A stretch of 64,000 nt of DNA from Candidatus Multivoradales bacterium (GCA_965223155.1 CBDCVR010000013.1:512001-576000); one strand, 5' to 3'; counted from the first letter of the stretch, positions 28,846 to 41,155 are shown. The notes: generated by a model from the letters alone, not told the origin. Numbers and translations: made by a program.

Positions 28846-30648
28846 TCAATCCGGATCCGGAGCGGCCAGAGCTCGAAAGACCCGCTCGCCCAGCATCGGC
28901 CCCAGGACTTCGACCAGCTTCTCAAGACTGGCTTCGCGCACCCCGGCGAGGCTGCCGAACCGCCGCAGCAGCTCGCGGCGGCGCTTCGGCCCAACGCCGG
29001 GAACCTCCTCCAGTCGGCTCTTGAGCAGCGAGCGCCGACGCCGACGGCGATGCCGGTCGACCGCGAACCGATGCGCCTCATCCCGGATTTCCTGAAGCAG
29101 CCTGAGCCCGGCATGGGTCCTCGGCGGCCGCAGAGGTTCGGGCAGATCCACGCGGTAGATCTCTTCTTCGCGCTTGGCCAGCGCCAACACTGGCGTCTCT
29201 TCGACTCCGAGCGAGCTGAGCGCCTTGACCGCGGCGTTGAGCTGGCCCCGGCCACCGTCGATCAGGATGACATCCGGCATCTCTCCGACCTCGTCCAGTC
29301 GGCGGCGGTAGCGGCGGAAGACCGCCTCTTCCAGCGAGGCGGTGTCGTCGGGACCGGAGACGCCCTTGATGTTGAAGCTCCGGTAGTCGGCCTTGCGCAT
29401 CCGGCCCTCTTCCCAGACCACCAACGACGCCACGGTCTTGGCGCCCTGAAGATTCGAGATGTCGAATCCCTCGATCCGGCGCGGCGCTTCGTCCAGCTCC
29501 AGCAGCTCCCGCACTCCCTCCTCGCCCGCTCGCTCCAGGCTACGCTCCCGAAAGCGGCGCCCGTAGGCCAGCTTGGCGTTGCGCTCGGCCAGCGCCACCC
29601 GATCCGCCTTGGGTCCCCGGGCCGGCAGCCGCAAGTACACGCGGCCGCCCCGGCGTTGGCTCAGCCACTCGGTCAGGGCCTCGGCGCCTTCGACCGGAAC
29701 CGGCAGATGAATCTCTCGCGGAATGAAGGTTGTCCGATCGTAGACCTGGGGCAGCAGCTCGGAGAGGACGGTTTCGGCCGCCAGCTCCGTCTCGCTCTCC
29801 CAGAAGAACTCGCGCCGATCCAGCACCTGGCCGCCGCGCATCACCAACACCGCCACCGCGGCGCGGCCGCCGGTGACCTGAATCCCGAAGATGTCCACGT
29901 CGTCGCCCCGAACCGAGGACAGCTTGCGCCGCTGGCTCGCGGCCTCGATCTCGCCGATCAGGTCCCGGACCCGCGCCGCTTCTTCGTACTCCAGCTCGTC
30001 GGCGGCGGCGCGCATGCGCCGCTTGAGCCCGGCTACCAGCTCCTGGCTGCGCCCCTGCAGGAACAGGCGCGCCTCGGCGGTCGCCTTGGCGTACTCCTCG
30101 CGGGTGGTGAGACCGTCGACGCAGGGCCCCAGGCAGCGCTTCATGTCGTAGTACAGGCACGGGCGCGGCAAGCGCCCGTCGATGGGGATGGTGCACACCC
30201 GAACCTGGAACAGCTTCTGGACCAGCTTGATCGCCTTGCGCGCGACTCCGGCGGGCAGATAAGGCCCGAAGTACTCGGTATTCCGGCCGCCGATGCGGCG
30301 GGTAAATCCGAGGCGCGGGTACTCGTCCCCGGTCAGGTACAGATAGGGATACGTCTTGTCGTCCCGGAGCAGGATGTTGTACCGGGGCTTGGTGCACTTG
30401 ATCCAGTTGTTCTCCAGCAGGAGAGCCTCGGCCTCGCTGTCGGTGACCACGAACTCCAGATCGGCGGCCTCTTGGAGCATGACCGCCAGGCGTGCCTCCT
30501 GCCCACCCTTGAGGTAGGTCGCGGCGCGCTTGCGCAGAGACTTGGCTTTGCCCACGTACAGGACGTCGCCGCCGGCCGCCCGAAAGACGTAAATGCCGGG
30601 GCGGTTCGGGAGCTCGCCGATGCGGGTCGCGACTTGGGGGGCGATCAT
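28846..30648 (-). CDS. uvrC: Excinuclease ABC subunit C
   Basis: PGIY...LYVGKAKSL GIY-YIG, Cys cluster, IEGFDISN, IDGGRGQ, RDEAHRFA and HhH. Confidence 0.97.
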   Translation of the reverse strand: MIAPQVATRIGELPNRPGIYVFRAAGGDVLYVGKAKSLRKRAATYLKGGQEARLAVMLQEAADLEFVVTDSEAEALLLENNWIKCTKPRYNILLRDDKTYPYLYLTGDEYPRLGFTRRIGGRNTEYFGPYLPAGVARKAIKLVQKLFQVRVCTIPIDGRLPRPCLYYDMKRCLGPCVDGLTTREEYAKATAEARLFLQGRSQELVAGLKRRMRAAADELEYEEAARVRDLIGEIEAASQRRKLSSVRGDDVDIFGIQVTGGRAAVAVLVMRGGQVLDRREFFWESETELAAETVLSELLPQVYDRTTFIPREIHLPVPVEGAEALTEWLSQRRGGRVYLRLPARGPKADRVALAERNAKLAYGRRFRERSLERAGEEGVRELLELDEAPRRIEGFDISNLQGAKTVASLVVWEEGRMRKADYRSFNIKGVSGPDDTASLEEAVFRRYRRRLDEVGEMPDVILIDGGRGQLNAAVKALSSLGVEETPVLALAKREEEIYRVDLPEPLRPPRTHAGLRLLQEIRDEAHRFAVDRHRRRRRRSLLKSRLEEVPGVGPKRRRELLRRFGSLAGVREASLEKLVEVLGPMLGERVFRALAAPDPD

Positions 30649-30677
30649 TCGGTAGAAGGGGTGACGGCCGCCGGGCG

Positions 30678-32675
30678 TCAGCCGCTCAGGATCTGCAGCT
30701 CCTTGAGCTCGCGCACCTTGTCCCGAAGGACGGCGGCCCGCTCGAACTCCAGATCCTTGGCCGCGGCCCGCATTTCCTTCTCCAGCTTCTGGATCCGGCG
30801 TGACAGCGGCAGGCCGGCGTCGTCCGCCTCGGCGACTTCGGAGATCAGGGACATGCCGGCATCGTGGTAGTCCAGATTGCTCATCTGGACCAGCGGGCTG
30901 TGAATGTCCTTCAAGATGGACTTGGGCTCGATGCCGTGCTCGCGGTTGTAGTCGGCCTGCTTGCCCCGCCGCCGCCCGGTCTCGGCCAGCGCCTTCCGGA
31001 TCGAATCGGTCTCGGTATCGGCGTAGAAGATGACCCGCCCGTGCAGGTTCCTGGCGGCGCGGCCCGCGGTCTGGATCAGCGAGGTCTCGCTTCGCAGGAA
31101 GCCCTCCTTATCGGCGTCCAGAATCGCGACCAGCGACACTTCGGGCAGATCCAATCCTTCCCGCAGCAGGTTGATCCCGATCAGAACGTCGAACTCGCCC
31201 CGGCGCAGCGCGGTCAAGATCTCCACTCGCTCCAGGGTGTCGATGTCACTATGGAGGTAGCGGACCCGGACGTCCAGCTCGGTGAAGTACTGGGTCAGCT
31301 CTTCGGCCATGCGCTTGGTCAGGGTGGTCACCAGCACCCGCTCACCGCGCTTGACCACCTCGCGGATCTCGGCCAGGAGGTCGTCCACCTGGCCCTGGGC
31401 CGGCCGCACCAGGATCTCCGGATCCAGGAGCCCCGTTGGCCGGATGACCTGTTCGACCACCACCCCTTCGGTGCGCGCCAGCTCCCAGGGGCCGGGCGTT
31501 GCCGAGACCAGCAGCCGCTGCCGGCTGCGCCCGTCGAACTCTTCGAAGGTCAGAGGCCGGTTGTCGAGGGCGCTGGGCAGGCGAAAGCCGAAGTTCACCA
31601 GGGTCTGCTTGCGCGACCGGTCGCCATGGAACATGCCGCGCACCTGCGGGATCGTCTGATGGCTCTCGTCCACGACCAGCAGGAAGTCGTCAGGCAGGTA
31701 GTCCAGCAGGGTCGGCGGCGGCTCGCCCGGCGCCCGACCCGAGAGATGCCGCGAGTAGTTCTCGATGCCGTGGCAGAAGCCGACCTCGCGCAGCATCTCG
31801 AGATCGAACAGGGTGCGCTGCGCCAGTCGCTGCCGCTCCAGCAGCAGCTCGGAGTCGGCCAGCTCCCGCAGCCGAACCTGGAGCTCGTCCCGGATCCCGT
31901 CGATCGCCTTCAAGAGACGGTCTCGAGGAGTCACGTAATGGGTCTTGGGATAGATCGCGACCCGGTCCAGGGTCTCGATCGGATCGCCGGTCAGCAGATG
32001 GAACTTTGCGATCGACTCGATCTCGTCCCCGAAGTACTCGACTCGGGTGCCGACCTCTTCGTAGGCTGGGAAGATCTCGAGCGCGTCGCCCCGAACCCGG
32101 AAGCTGCCCGGGAAGAGATCCATCGGCGTGCGCTCGTACTGCATCTCGACCAGGCGGCGGAGCGCCGCCTCCATCCCTTCTTCCGAGCCCTGTTCGAAGA
32201 ACTGGAGCATGCCGTAGAACGCCTCGGGCGAGCCCAGGCCGTAGATGCAGGACACCGAGGCCACGATCAGCACGTCCCGCCGCTCGAAGAGCACCTTGGT
32301 GGCGCGTAGCCGCAGCCGGTCGATCTGCTCGTTGATGCTGGTCTCCTTCTCGATATAGGTATCGGTCTGCGGGACGTACGCCTCGGGCTGGTAGTAGTCG
32401 TAGTACGAGACGAAGTACTCGACCGCATTCTCGGGAAAGAAGCTCCGGAACTCCTGGTAGAGCTGGGCGGCCAGGGTCTTGTTGTGCGACAGCACCAGGG
32501 TCGGGCGGTTGAGCCGCTCGATGAGCTTGGCGACGGTAAAGGTCTTGCCCGAACCGGTGACGCCCAGGAGCACCTGATCGCGCCGGCCGGCCTCGAAGCC
32601 GGCGGTCAGCTCCTGGATCGCCGACACCTGATCGCCTTGCGGCGAAAACGGCGAAACGACCTTAAAGGGAGGCAT
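30678..32675 (-). CDS. uvrB: Excinuclease ABC subunit B
   Basis: [36 protein letters not shown] and QTAGRAARN. Start ATG 32675. Confidence 0.98.
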   Translation of the reverse strand: MPPFKVVSPFSPQGDQVSAIQELTAGFEAGRRDQVLLGVTGSGKTFTVAKLIERLNRPTLVLSHNKTLAAQLYQEFRSFFPENAVEYFVSYYDYYQPEAYVPQTDTYIEKETSINEQIDRLRLRATKVLFERRDVLIVASVSCIYGLGSPEAFYGMLQFFEQGSEEGMEAALRRLVEMQYERTPMDLFPGSFRVRGDALEIFPAYEEVGTRVEYFGDEIESIAKFHLLTGDPIETLDRVAIYPKTHYVTPRDRLLKAIDGIRDELQVRLRELADSELLLERQRLAQRTLFDLEMLREVGFCHGIENYSRHLSGRAPGEPPPTLLDYLPDDFLLVVDESHQTIPQVRGMFHGDRSRKQTLVNFGFRLPSALDNRPLTFEEFDGRSRQRLLVSATPGPWELARTEGVVVEQVIRPTGLLDPEILVRPAQGQVDDLLAEIREVVKRGERVLVTTLTKRMAEELTQYFTELDVRVRYLHSDIDTLERVEILTALRRGEFDVLIGINLLREGLDLPEVSLVAILDADKEGFLRSETSLIQTAGRAARNLHGRVIFYADTETDSIRKALAETGRRRGKQADYNREHGIEPKSILKDIHSPLVQMSNLDYHDAGMSLISEVAEADDAGLPLSRRIQKLEKEMRAAAKDLEFERAAVLRDKVRELKELQILSG

Positions 32676-33162
32676 CGGGCACCGGCTCGGCGGCGGGCCC
32701 CGGGGCCGCGCCCGGGCTCGCGGCCAGAGCGTCCAGGATCTCCAGCAGCTCGCCGACGTCGCTGCCATCGACCTCGGCCCCGGCTCCGGCCATAAAACGT
32801 TGCAGGCGCTGGAGCGCGGCCAGGTCCACACGCCGCTCGCCGATGGCGGCCCGTGCGCCGCGAAAGGCCGCGTCCAGGCGCTCCAGCTCGGACGGCTCCA
32901 GCTCGTCCTCGACTTGCTGTATCACTTGCTGCTGGTACTGCCCCATTCCCCATTCCAGCAGCCGCCAGCCGTTCAAGATGAGCGTTACGCAGGCAGCGCC
33001 AAGCAGCGCCAGGAGAACCAGGCAGCCGACGACGGCGGGCTTGCCACAGCCTGCCAGATCGGCGGGACCGGGCTCGAAGGGCTGGGCTCCGCCGAACTCT
33101 GCGCCGGTCTCGGTACTGATCTCCGCGCCGGTCTCGGGAGGCTTGGAAGCGTCCTCGGTCAC
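32662..33162 (-). CDS. Hypothetical single-pass membrane protein
   Basis: [18 protein letters not shown] hydrophobic segment followed by a helical domain; overlaps the uvrB start. Confidence 0.65.
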   Translation of the reverse strand: MTEDASKPPETGAEISTETGAEFGGAQPFEPGPADLAGCGKPAVVGCLVLLALLGAACVTLILNGWRLLEWGMGQYQQQVIQQVEDELEPSELERLDAAFRGARAAIGERRVDLAALQRLQRFMAGAGAEVDGSDVGELLEILDALAASPGAAPGPAAEPVPDASL

Positions 33163-33273
33163 GCGCGGATCCTATCGCGAGGCTCGGTCCGTCTGCCGGC
33201 GGATCGGCGATGCGGCGGTCCCCGGAATCAACGGCGCGGCCGGCACCCGAGCCGCCCATATAATCGAGCCGTC

Positions 33274-35733
33274 GTGACGGATCGAAGCCATCGAAGCCAT
33301 CCAGGCCAGGGCAGCCGAAGCAGCAAACGGAGTAGCCAGCGCCGGCGGCTGCCGCAGACCACCAAGGGACGCTGGCTCGCCGGCGGCAGCCTGGTCCTGG
33401 CCGCGGTGATCCTTGGCGGGCTCGCAGGGGTGGCCTTTGCCTCCATGATCAAGATGCCTCAGGTGGACACGCTCGCCGACTTCACGCCCAGTCAGATCAC
33501 CAAGCTCCTGGATCGCGGCGGCGAGCCGATCGCCACCTTCGCCCGCGAGCGGCGGGTGCTGATCAAGGAGGGCGAGCTCCCGGAGCTGGTCCAGAACGCG
33601 GTACTGGCGGCCGAGGACCGGAACTTCTTCCAGCACGGCGGCGTCGACGCCGAGGGCGTGCTGCGAGCCATTCTGCTGAATCTTGCCAGCGGACCGCGCT
33701 CGTTCGGCGGCTCGACCGTCACCATGCAGCTTTCCCGGAGCCTCTTCCTGCATCCCAAGAAGCTCTGGCGCCGGAAAGTCGAGGAAGCCTTGCTGGCGGT
33801 GGAAATCGAGAAGAAGTTCAGCAAGGAGCAGATCCTGACGCTCTATTGCAACTTCATGTACCTCGGCCACGGCAACTACGGTATCCAGGCGGCGGCGCAA
33901 TCGTTCTTCGGCAAGGACGCGGCCGAGCTCGACGCCGCCGAGGCGGCCGCCCTGGTCGGCATGCTGCAGCGGCCGTCCGACTACAGCCCGTACCGCCGCC
34001 CCGACCTGGTCGTCAAGAGACGCAACTACGTCCTCCGGCGCATGCGCGAAGAGAACTTCCTGGACGAGGCGACCTACCAAGAAGCGACGGCCCAGCCACT
34101 CGAGGTCTTGCCTCCCAGCCGGGAGTACGCGCTGGCGCCGTACTTCGCCGAGGAGATCCGTAAGGCGGTCGAGGACAGTCACGGCACACAAGCCATCCTG
34201 GAACAGGGCTTGCGCATCGAGAGCACGCTTGACACAGCGATGCAGGCGGCGGCGCAACGAGCGCTCCGGGACGGTCTGCGCCGTATCGACCGGCTCAAGG
34301 GTTGGCGCGGAGCGGTTGACAGCATCGGGTTGGGCGAGGAGCCGGTGCGTCTGGAAAGCTGGTCTCCGGCCGACTACCAGCCGGGAGCCTGGAACCTGGG
34401 GGTGGTGCTGGCGGCGAGCGACCGGGAGGCGACGGTCCAGATCGGCGAGCGCGAGTACCGGATGCCGGCCTCCGAGATGCGTTGGACGCGCAAGTCCAAG
34501 CCCAGTGCCCTGTTCGACCCCGGTGACGTCGCCTGGTTCTCGATCCTTCCGCCCGACGAGTCCGAATCCGAGACCGGGCCGCGGCGGGTCGCCCTCGAGC
34601 AGGAGCCCGAGCTGGAAGGAGCGGTCCTCGTCCTGGAGTCCGCCAGCGGCGCGGTACGGGCGATGGTCGGCGGTTGGAACTTCGAGGGCAGCAAGTTCAA
34701 CCGGGCCACCCAGGCGCGGCGCCAGGTCGGCTCCGCCTTCAAGCCCTTCGTCTTCGGCGCGGCGCTCGAGTCCGGGTTCACCCCCGCCGACACCGTCTTC
34801 GACGCGCCCGTGGCCTTCCCCGGTCCCACTGGACAGGTGACCTACAGTCCGCGGAACTACTACCGGAGCTACTACGGCATCACCACGTTGCGCCGGGCTC
34901 TGGAGCTGTCGATGAACGTCACCGCGGTCAAGCTCCAGGATTTGGTCGGGGTGGAACGGGTCGTGGACTTTGCCCGCCGGGCCGGCATCGAGTCCGACCT
35001 GCCGCCGTATCCCAGCCTGGCCCTGGGCGCGGCCGACCTGTCGCCTCTGGAGCTGGCCTCGGCCTACGCCGCCATCGCCAATCAGGGCATCTGGGTGCGG
35101 CCGTACCTGGTCGAGCGAGTGGTGACCCCCGGAGGCAGGGTTCTCGAGGAACACGCCACCCAGGCGCGCAAGGCCACCGAGCCCCAGGTGGCCTACCTCT
35201 TGACCCGGATGCTCGAGGGCGTCGTGGATCGCGGCACCGCCACCGCGGTCAAGTCTCTGGACCTGGATCTGGCGGGCAAGACCGGCACCACCGACGACTA
35301 CTCGGACGCCTGGTTCGTGGGATTTACGCCCAAGTACACGATTCTGAGCTGGGTCGGCTACGACCAGAAGCGCAAGATCGGCCGCAACATGACCGGGGCC
35401 GAGGCGGCCCTGCCCATCTGGCGAGCTGTGGTCGAGGCCGGCTTGGAAGAGGGCTGGTTGACCCCCGACGATCGTTTCGTTCAGCCGCCTGGAATCACGA
35501 CCCAAGCCGTCGAGTACTACTCCGGCCTCCTGGCCGCTCCGGGCGCCGACAAGGTGCTGGACGAGGCATTTCTGGAAGGCACCGAGCCGGTCTTGCGCTT
35601 CGAGGCGGCTCTGGGCGGGGTCCACACCCTGCCCTGGTACCAGCAGCGGCCCTACTACGTGGCCAAGGCACGCGAGCGCATGCCGGAGCAGGTCGAGAGC
35701 TGGGAACCGATCCTGAGCTCCTGGTCGAACTAG
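33274..35733 (+). CDS. Penicillin-binding protein 1A (class A PBP)
   Basis: EDRNFFQHGG and GGSTVTMQL transglycosylase motifs; SAFK, SMN and KTGT transpeptidase motifs; TATAAT at 33259-33264. Confidence 0.95.
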   Translation: MTDRSHRSHPGQGSRSSKRSSQRRRLPQTTKGRWLAGGSLVLAAVILGGLAGVAFASMIKMPQVDTLADFTPSQITKLLDRGGEPIATFARERRVLIKEGELPELVQNAVLAAEDRNFFQHGGVDAEGVLRAILLNLASGPRSFGGSTVTMQLSRSLFLHPKKLWRRKVEEALLAVEIEKKFSKEQILTLYCNFMYLGHGNYGIQAAAQSFFGKDAAELDAAEAAALVGMLQRPSDYSPYRRPDLVVKRRNYVLRRMREENFLDEATYQEATAQPLEVLPPSREYALAPYFAEEIRKAVEDSHGTQAILEQGLRIESTLDTAMQAAAQRALRDGLRRIDRLKGWRGAVDSIGLGEEPVRLESWSPADYQPGAWNLGVVLAASDREATVQIGEREYRMPASEMRWTRKSKPSALFDPGDVAWFSILPPDESESETGPRRVALEQEPELEGAVLVLESASGAVRAMVGGWNFEGSKFNRATQARRQVGSAFKPFVFGAALESGFTPADTVFDAPVAFPGPTGQVTYSPRNYYRSYYGITTLRRALELSMNVTAVKLQDLVGVERVVDFARRAGIESDLPPYPSLALGAADLSPLELASAYAAIANQGIWVRPYLVERVVTPGGRVLEEHATQARKATEPQVAYLLTRMLEGVVDRGTATAVKSLDLDLAGKTGTTDDYSDAWFVGFTPKYTILSWVGYDQKRKIGRNMTGAEAALPIWRAVVEAGLEEGWLTPDDRFVQPPGITTQAVEYYSGLLAAPGADKVLDEAFLEGTEPVLRFEAALGGVHTLPWYQQRPYYVAKARERMPEQVESWEPILSSWSN

Positions 35734-35760
35734 GGGTCAGCCGCGAGCTCGGCTCGCCCC

Positions 35761-36282
35761 TCAGCGATCCCGGTCGTCGTTCCGAACCCGATCGATCTTC
35801 TGGTCCAGGATGCTGAAGAGCGCGTCGGTCTGTCGCGCCAGGTCGGCGAGACCCTGCTTCTTGAACGCCCCCAGGGATCGGTCCAGCTTCTTGAGATCGG
35901 CGTGGATGCGCTTGAGGTCGTCGTTCAGCTCGCCCTGAACGCCGCGGATGTCGCCCGCCAACTCGCCCTGAATCCGTTGCAGGTCCTGGCCCAGGGCGTC
36001 GATCTGCTCGGCGGCGCGCAGATGGGTCAGGACCACCAAGTTGAAGGCGCGCTGACGGTCCCAGAGATCCGCCTGCGGCGCCCGCACCAGGGGCCGGAAC
36101 AGCCGCTTCAGACGGACGACGACCGCGCCCAGCCAGCCGCCGCGATGACTGGCGACCGGGAAGAGGTGATCCCCTTCCCAAAGCCAGCGCCAGTCCTCGA
36201 TGGAATCTGTCTCACCGTCCAGAAATCGACCCAGGTCCGGCTCCGCCGGACCCTTGATCGGCCGTTTCCCGGACCCGGACAT
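35761..36282 (-). CDS. Hypothetical coiled-coil protein, paralog of the N-terminal part of the methyltransferase at 53870..55267
   Basis: FPVASHRG...LVRAPQADLWDRQRAFNLVV...LGQDLQRIQ...TDALFSILDQKIDR aligns by eye with that protein. Confidence 0.8.
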   Translation of the reverse strand: MSGSGKRPIKGPAEPDLGRFLDGETDSIEDWRWLWEGDHLFPVASHRGGWLGAVVVRLKRLFRPLVRAPQADLWDRQRAFNLVVLTHLRAAEQIDALGQDLQRIQGELAGDIRGVQGELNDDLKRIHADLKKLDRSLGAFKKQGLADLARQTDALFSILDQKIDRVRNDDRDR

Positions 36283-36291
36283 CGCCTCCGG

Positions 36292-36738
36292 CTACTGCTC
36301 GGGAACGACGCGGACGGTCACCTCGGCGGTGACCTCGGAGTGCAGCTCGATGCGGACGACGTGATCGCCCACGGTCTTGATGCCGCCGCTCAGGTCGATT
36401 CGCCGACGATCCACCTCGAAGCCCTGGGTCTCCAGAGCTTCGGCGACCTCGCTGGCCGTGACCGATCCGTACAAAGTCTCGCTCTCGCCGACCCGCTTCG
36501 CCACCTCAAGGGTGACGCCCGCGAGCTCGCCGGCGACCGTAGCGGCGCCGTCCCGCTCCCGTTCGTGACGCTGCTCGATCTTGCGGCGCTGCTGCTCGAA
36601 GACCTTGAGGTTCCCGGGTTTGGCCTCTAGAGCCATGCCCTTGGGAATCAGGAAGTTGCGAGCGTAACCGTCCTTGACGTCGAGCACCTCGCCGCGCTTG
36701 CCAGTGTGCCGCACGTCCCTCATCAGAATGACACGCAT
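36292..36738 (-). CDS. rplI: 50S ribosomal protein L9
   Basis: VKDGYARNFLIPKG and LYGSVT. Confidence 0.98.
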   Translation of the reverse strand: MRVILMRDVRHTGKRGEVLDVKDGYARNFLIPKGMALEAKPGNLKVFEQQRRKIEQRHERERDGAATVAGELAGVTLEVAKRVGESETLYGSVTASEVAEALETQGFEVDRRRIDLSGGIKTVGDHVVRIELHSEVTAEVTVRVVPEQ

Positions 36739-36754
36739 GATCCTACGTACTCCT

Positions 36755-36994
36755 CTAGTCGGACGTGTACGGCAGCAGCGCGATGTGACGCGCCCGCTTG
36801 ATCGCCTGTTGAATGATGCGCTGGTGCTTGGCGCAGGTACCGGAGATCCGGCGCGGCAGGATCTTGGAACGATCCACGATGTACTGCTGCAGGACCTTGA
36901 CGTCCTTGTAGTCCACGGTCTGGATCTTGTCCGCGCAGAAGCGGCAGACCTTGCGCCGCTTGAAGAAGCTCTTCCGCTTTCTTCCTCGTCTCAT
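36755..36994 (-). CDS. rpsR: 30S ribosomal protein S18 (Zn-binding C+ type)
   Basis: CRFC, DYKD and [16 protein letters not shown]. Confidence 0.98.
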   Translation of the reverse strand: MRRGRKRKSFFKRRKVCRFCADKIQTVDYKDVKVLQQYIVDRSKILPRRISGTCAKHQRIIQQAIKRARHIALLPYTSD

Positions 36995-37344
36995 GACCGG
37001 GCCTCCTCGTCCTCGGGCGCGGCCAACGGCTGCGTCTCGCCGCGGCGGCGCAGGCGCCCCTCGTCCAGACGAACGGTGAGGTAGCGCAGCACCTTGTCGT
37101 TCTGGCGGAGCCGCTGCTCCACCTCGGGGAACGGATTCGCCTCCGTCTCGATGGTGTAGAACAGGTAGCGCGCTTCGGTCAGCTTGTTGATCGGATAGGC
37201 AAGCTTCTTCTTGCCCCAGCTTTCCTCTTTGGTGACCTCGGCATCCAGACTGCCCAGGAGACCCTTGTAGCCGTCGCTCAACTCGGCGACCTCCTCGTCG
37301 GGTAGACGCGGATCGACCAGGACGGCAAGCTCATACAGACCCAT
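36991..37344 (-). CDS. rpsF: 30S ribosomal protein S6
   Basis: [19 protein letters not shown] and VLRYL. Confidence 0.97.
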   Translation of the reverse strand: MGLYELAVLVDPRLPDEEVAELSDGYKGLLGSLDAEVTKEESWGKKKLAYPINKLTEARYLFYTIETEANPFPEVEQRLRQNDKVLRYLTVRLDEGRLRRRGETQPLAAPEDEEARS

Positions 37345-37353
37345 GATTCGATA

Positions 37354-37405
37354 ACCTCCCTATGGCCTAGTTTCGGTCCCCTCTCCTTGGAGGGAACAGG
37401 GAGCC
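37354..37405 (-). promoter_or_regulatory. Putative S6:S18 autoregulatory leader
   Basis: CTCCCTG pairs with TAGGGAG (covering the SD); an inner hairpin TCCCTCC-AA-GGAGAGGGGA is followed by CCG. TACAAT -10 at 37466..37461. Confidence 0.65.
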
Positions 37406-37567
37406 AGCCCGGGACGGGCTCGACTGGTTGGTGGGCGCTCGCAGCGCCCTGGAGCGGCGTATTGTATCCCCTTTTCCCGCGGAGACAAGCGCCCTTCGTA
37501 CTGCACTGCCGACGAAACTGCGGCGTCGGCTCAGCCACCGAACGGACGCTGAGCCACTCGCAGGTGT

Positions 37568-37843
37568 TCAGTTGGACAGCAGGCCAGGAGCCTGCCGATC
37601 GCTTGGCATCTTCTCAGGATGCCAGAAGAAGTGAGCCGCCACGTCGAACTTGTGGGCAAACCGGAGCACCAACCGACGGGGTACCATTTCCGGAAGATAC
37701 TGCACCTCGACGATAGATCCCTTGCTCAGAGTTACCTGGTGTGCATCCGGGTTGTTATCTGGAAATCCTTCTGCAACGGCGACATCGCAGCCACGGAGAA
37801 CCGCGAGAACGGTTTCTCGTGGGACGAATCCTTCTTCGGACAT
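37568..37843 (-). CDS. Small hypothetical protein, HicA-like
   Basis: 91 aa with an alpha-beta-beta-beta-alpha pattern: VPRETVLAVLR...AHQVTLSKG...VQYLP..VPRRLVLRFAHKFDV..HFF. Confidence 0.5.
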   Translation of the reverse strand: MSEEGFVPRETVLAVLRGCDVAVAEGFPDNNPDAHQVTLSKGSIVEVQYLPEMVPRRLVLRFAHKFDVAAHFFWHPEKMPSDRQAPGLLSN

Positions 37844-37853
37844 GCGAAGGAGT

Positions 37854-38219
37854 CTATCCGACCCTCTCCAGTGAGTGGTAGTAGTTGATCTGCCCGAATG
37901 GGAAGCCCGGAGGCATTTCAAATTCGTGAGTTGAGACGGAACTAAAGAGCTCCATCTGACCGGTCTTGAGAAGGTCCCTCCAGTAGCTTGGCGGAGGCGG
38001 TGTAAGCAACTCGTCGATGCCACCAAACCGTTTGAAGTGTTCACCAATAGTCGCCGTGAGGCCGTTCTGAAACCGCTGCTTCACGTCCTCTTTGCTGTCG
38101 CCAGCTGCGGCGTAGTCGATCTCAAGAGCTTGCGCCACCCACTGATCACCATCGGGGGCGATGATTACTTGGAGGCCCAAGAGAGTCACCACGGCCGTCT
38201 CGCTCGCCATGTCGTGCAC
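37854..38219 (-). CDS. HicB-like protein (N-terminal partial RNase H fold)
   Basis: VIIAPDGDQWVAQALEIDYAAAGDSKEDVKQRF; AAGGAG 7 nt before GTG 38219; TACACT -10 at 38270..38265. Confidence 0.65.
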   Translation of the reverse strand: MHDMASETAVVTLLGLQVIIAPDGDQWVAQALEIDYAAAGDSKEDVKQRFQNGLTATIGEHFKRFGGIDELLTPPPPSYWRDLLKTGQMELFSSVSTHEFEMPPGFPFGQINYYHSLERVG

Positions 38220-38470
38220 CGCTGATCTCCTTTTTGGTTCCCTGCCGAGGGAACTGTGACCACGAGTGTAGCACCCTGCCCCTATCCGCAAGGGAAAAAT
38301 TGCCTAGCAGCCCACGGAGGAACGAGCGGGTCACACTACACAAACTCGACGATCGCCCCCTCGCTCAGCCCGACCTTCAAGCCCAAGCCGGCACCACCCG
38401 GGGTGGCCGGCGCCGCCCGCCGGGTCGAAGACTCGGCGAGCGGCTCGTCCGGACAGCCTGCCAGATCGCG

Positions 38471-40540
<2,070 letters not shown>

Positions 40541-40552
40541 GGAAGTTCCCTC

Positions 40553-41131
40553 CTAACGATTGAAGCGATTCATAGTCGTTTCGATACCGGCCTCGAGCCA
40601 GCTCTCGCAAGCGTCGGCCGCGCGTCGGGTCATCTCCTCGACCCGCTCTATCTCGTCTTCCCGGAAGGAAGACAGCACGAACTCCGACAGGTCGTCATCG
40701 TCCGATTCGGTATCCGGGGCGATGCCCAGCCTGAGCCGGGGAATGTCGTCGGTTCGCATGTTTCTGATCACGGACTCCATGCCGCGATGCCCACCGGGTC
40801 CGCCGCCACCCCGCAGACGCAGCCTGCCCAGCGGCAGGGAGATCTCGTCGTACACCACCAGCAAATTGCTGGGTTCGATGGGCATGCGTTCGGCCAGGCA
40901 TCGCAAGGAGTATCCGCTTCGATTCATGTAGGTTTGTGGCCACACCAGGACGGCGCGGTCGGTGTGGACGACCAGAGCGTTGCAGTCCAGCCTCCGCTCG
41001 CCGGCGCCAAAGCGCTCCGCCAGCACGTCCAGGACCCGGAAGCCCAGGTTGTGGCGCGTAGCCCGATACTCGGCTCCGGGGTTTCCCAGCCCGGCGATGA
41101 CGGCCGGTACGCTCGCGTCCTCTTCCGCCAA
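40553..41131 (-). CDS. pth: Peptidyl-tRNA hydrolase
   Basis: GLGNPG..Y..TRHNLGF, PQTYMNRSG, GGHRG and RLRLGI. Confidence 0.97.
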   Translation of the reverse strand: MAEEDASVPAVIAGLGNPGAEYRATRHNLGFRVLDVLAERFGAGERRLDCNALVVHTDRAVLVWPQTYMNRSGYSLRCLAERMPIEPSNLLVVYDEISLPLGRLRLRGGGGPGGHRGMESVIRNMRTDDIPRLRLGIAPDTESDDDDLSEFVLSSFREDEIERVEEMTRRAADACESWLEAGIETTMNRFNR

Positions 41132-41155
41132 AGCCGGCGCTCCTCGGTCGCTCGC

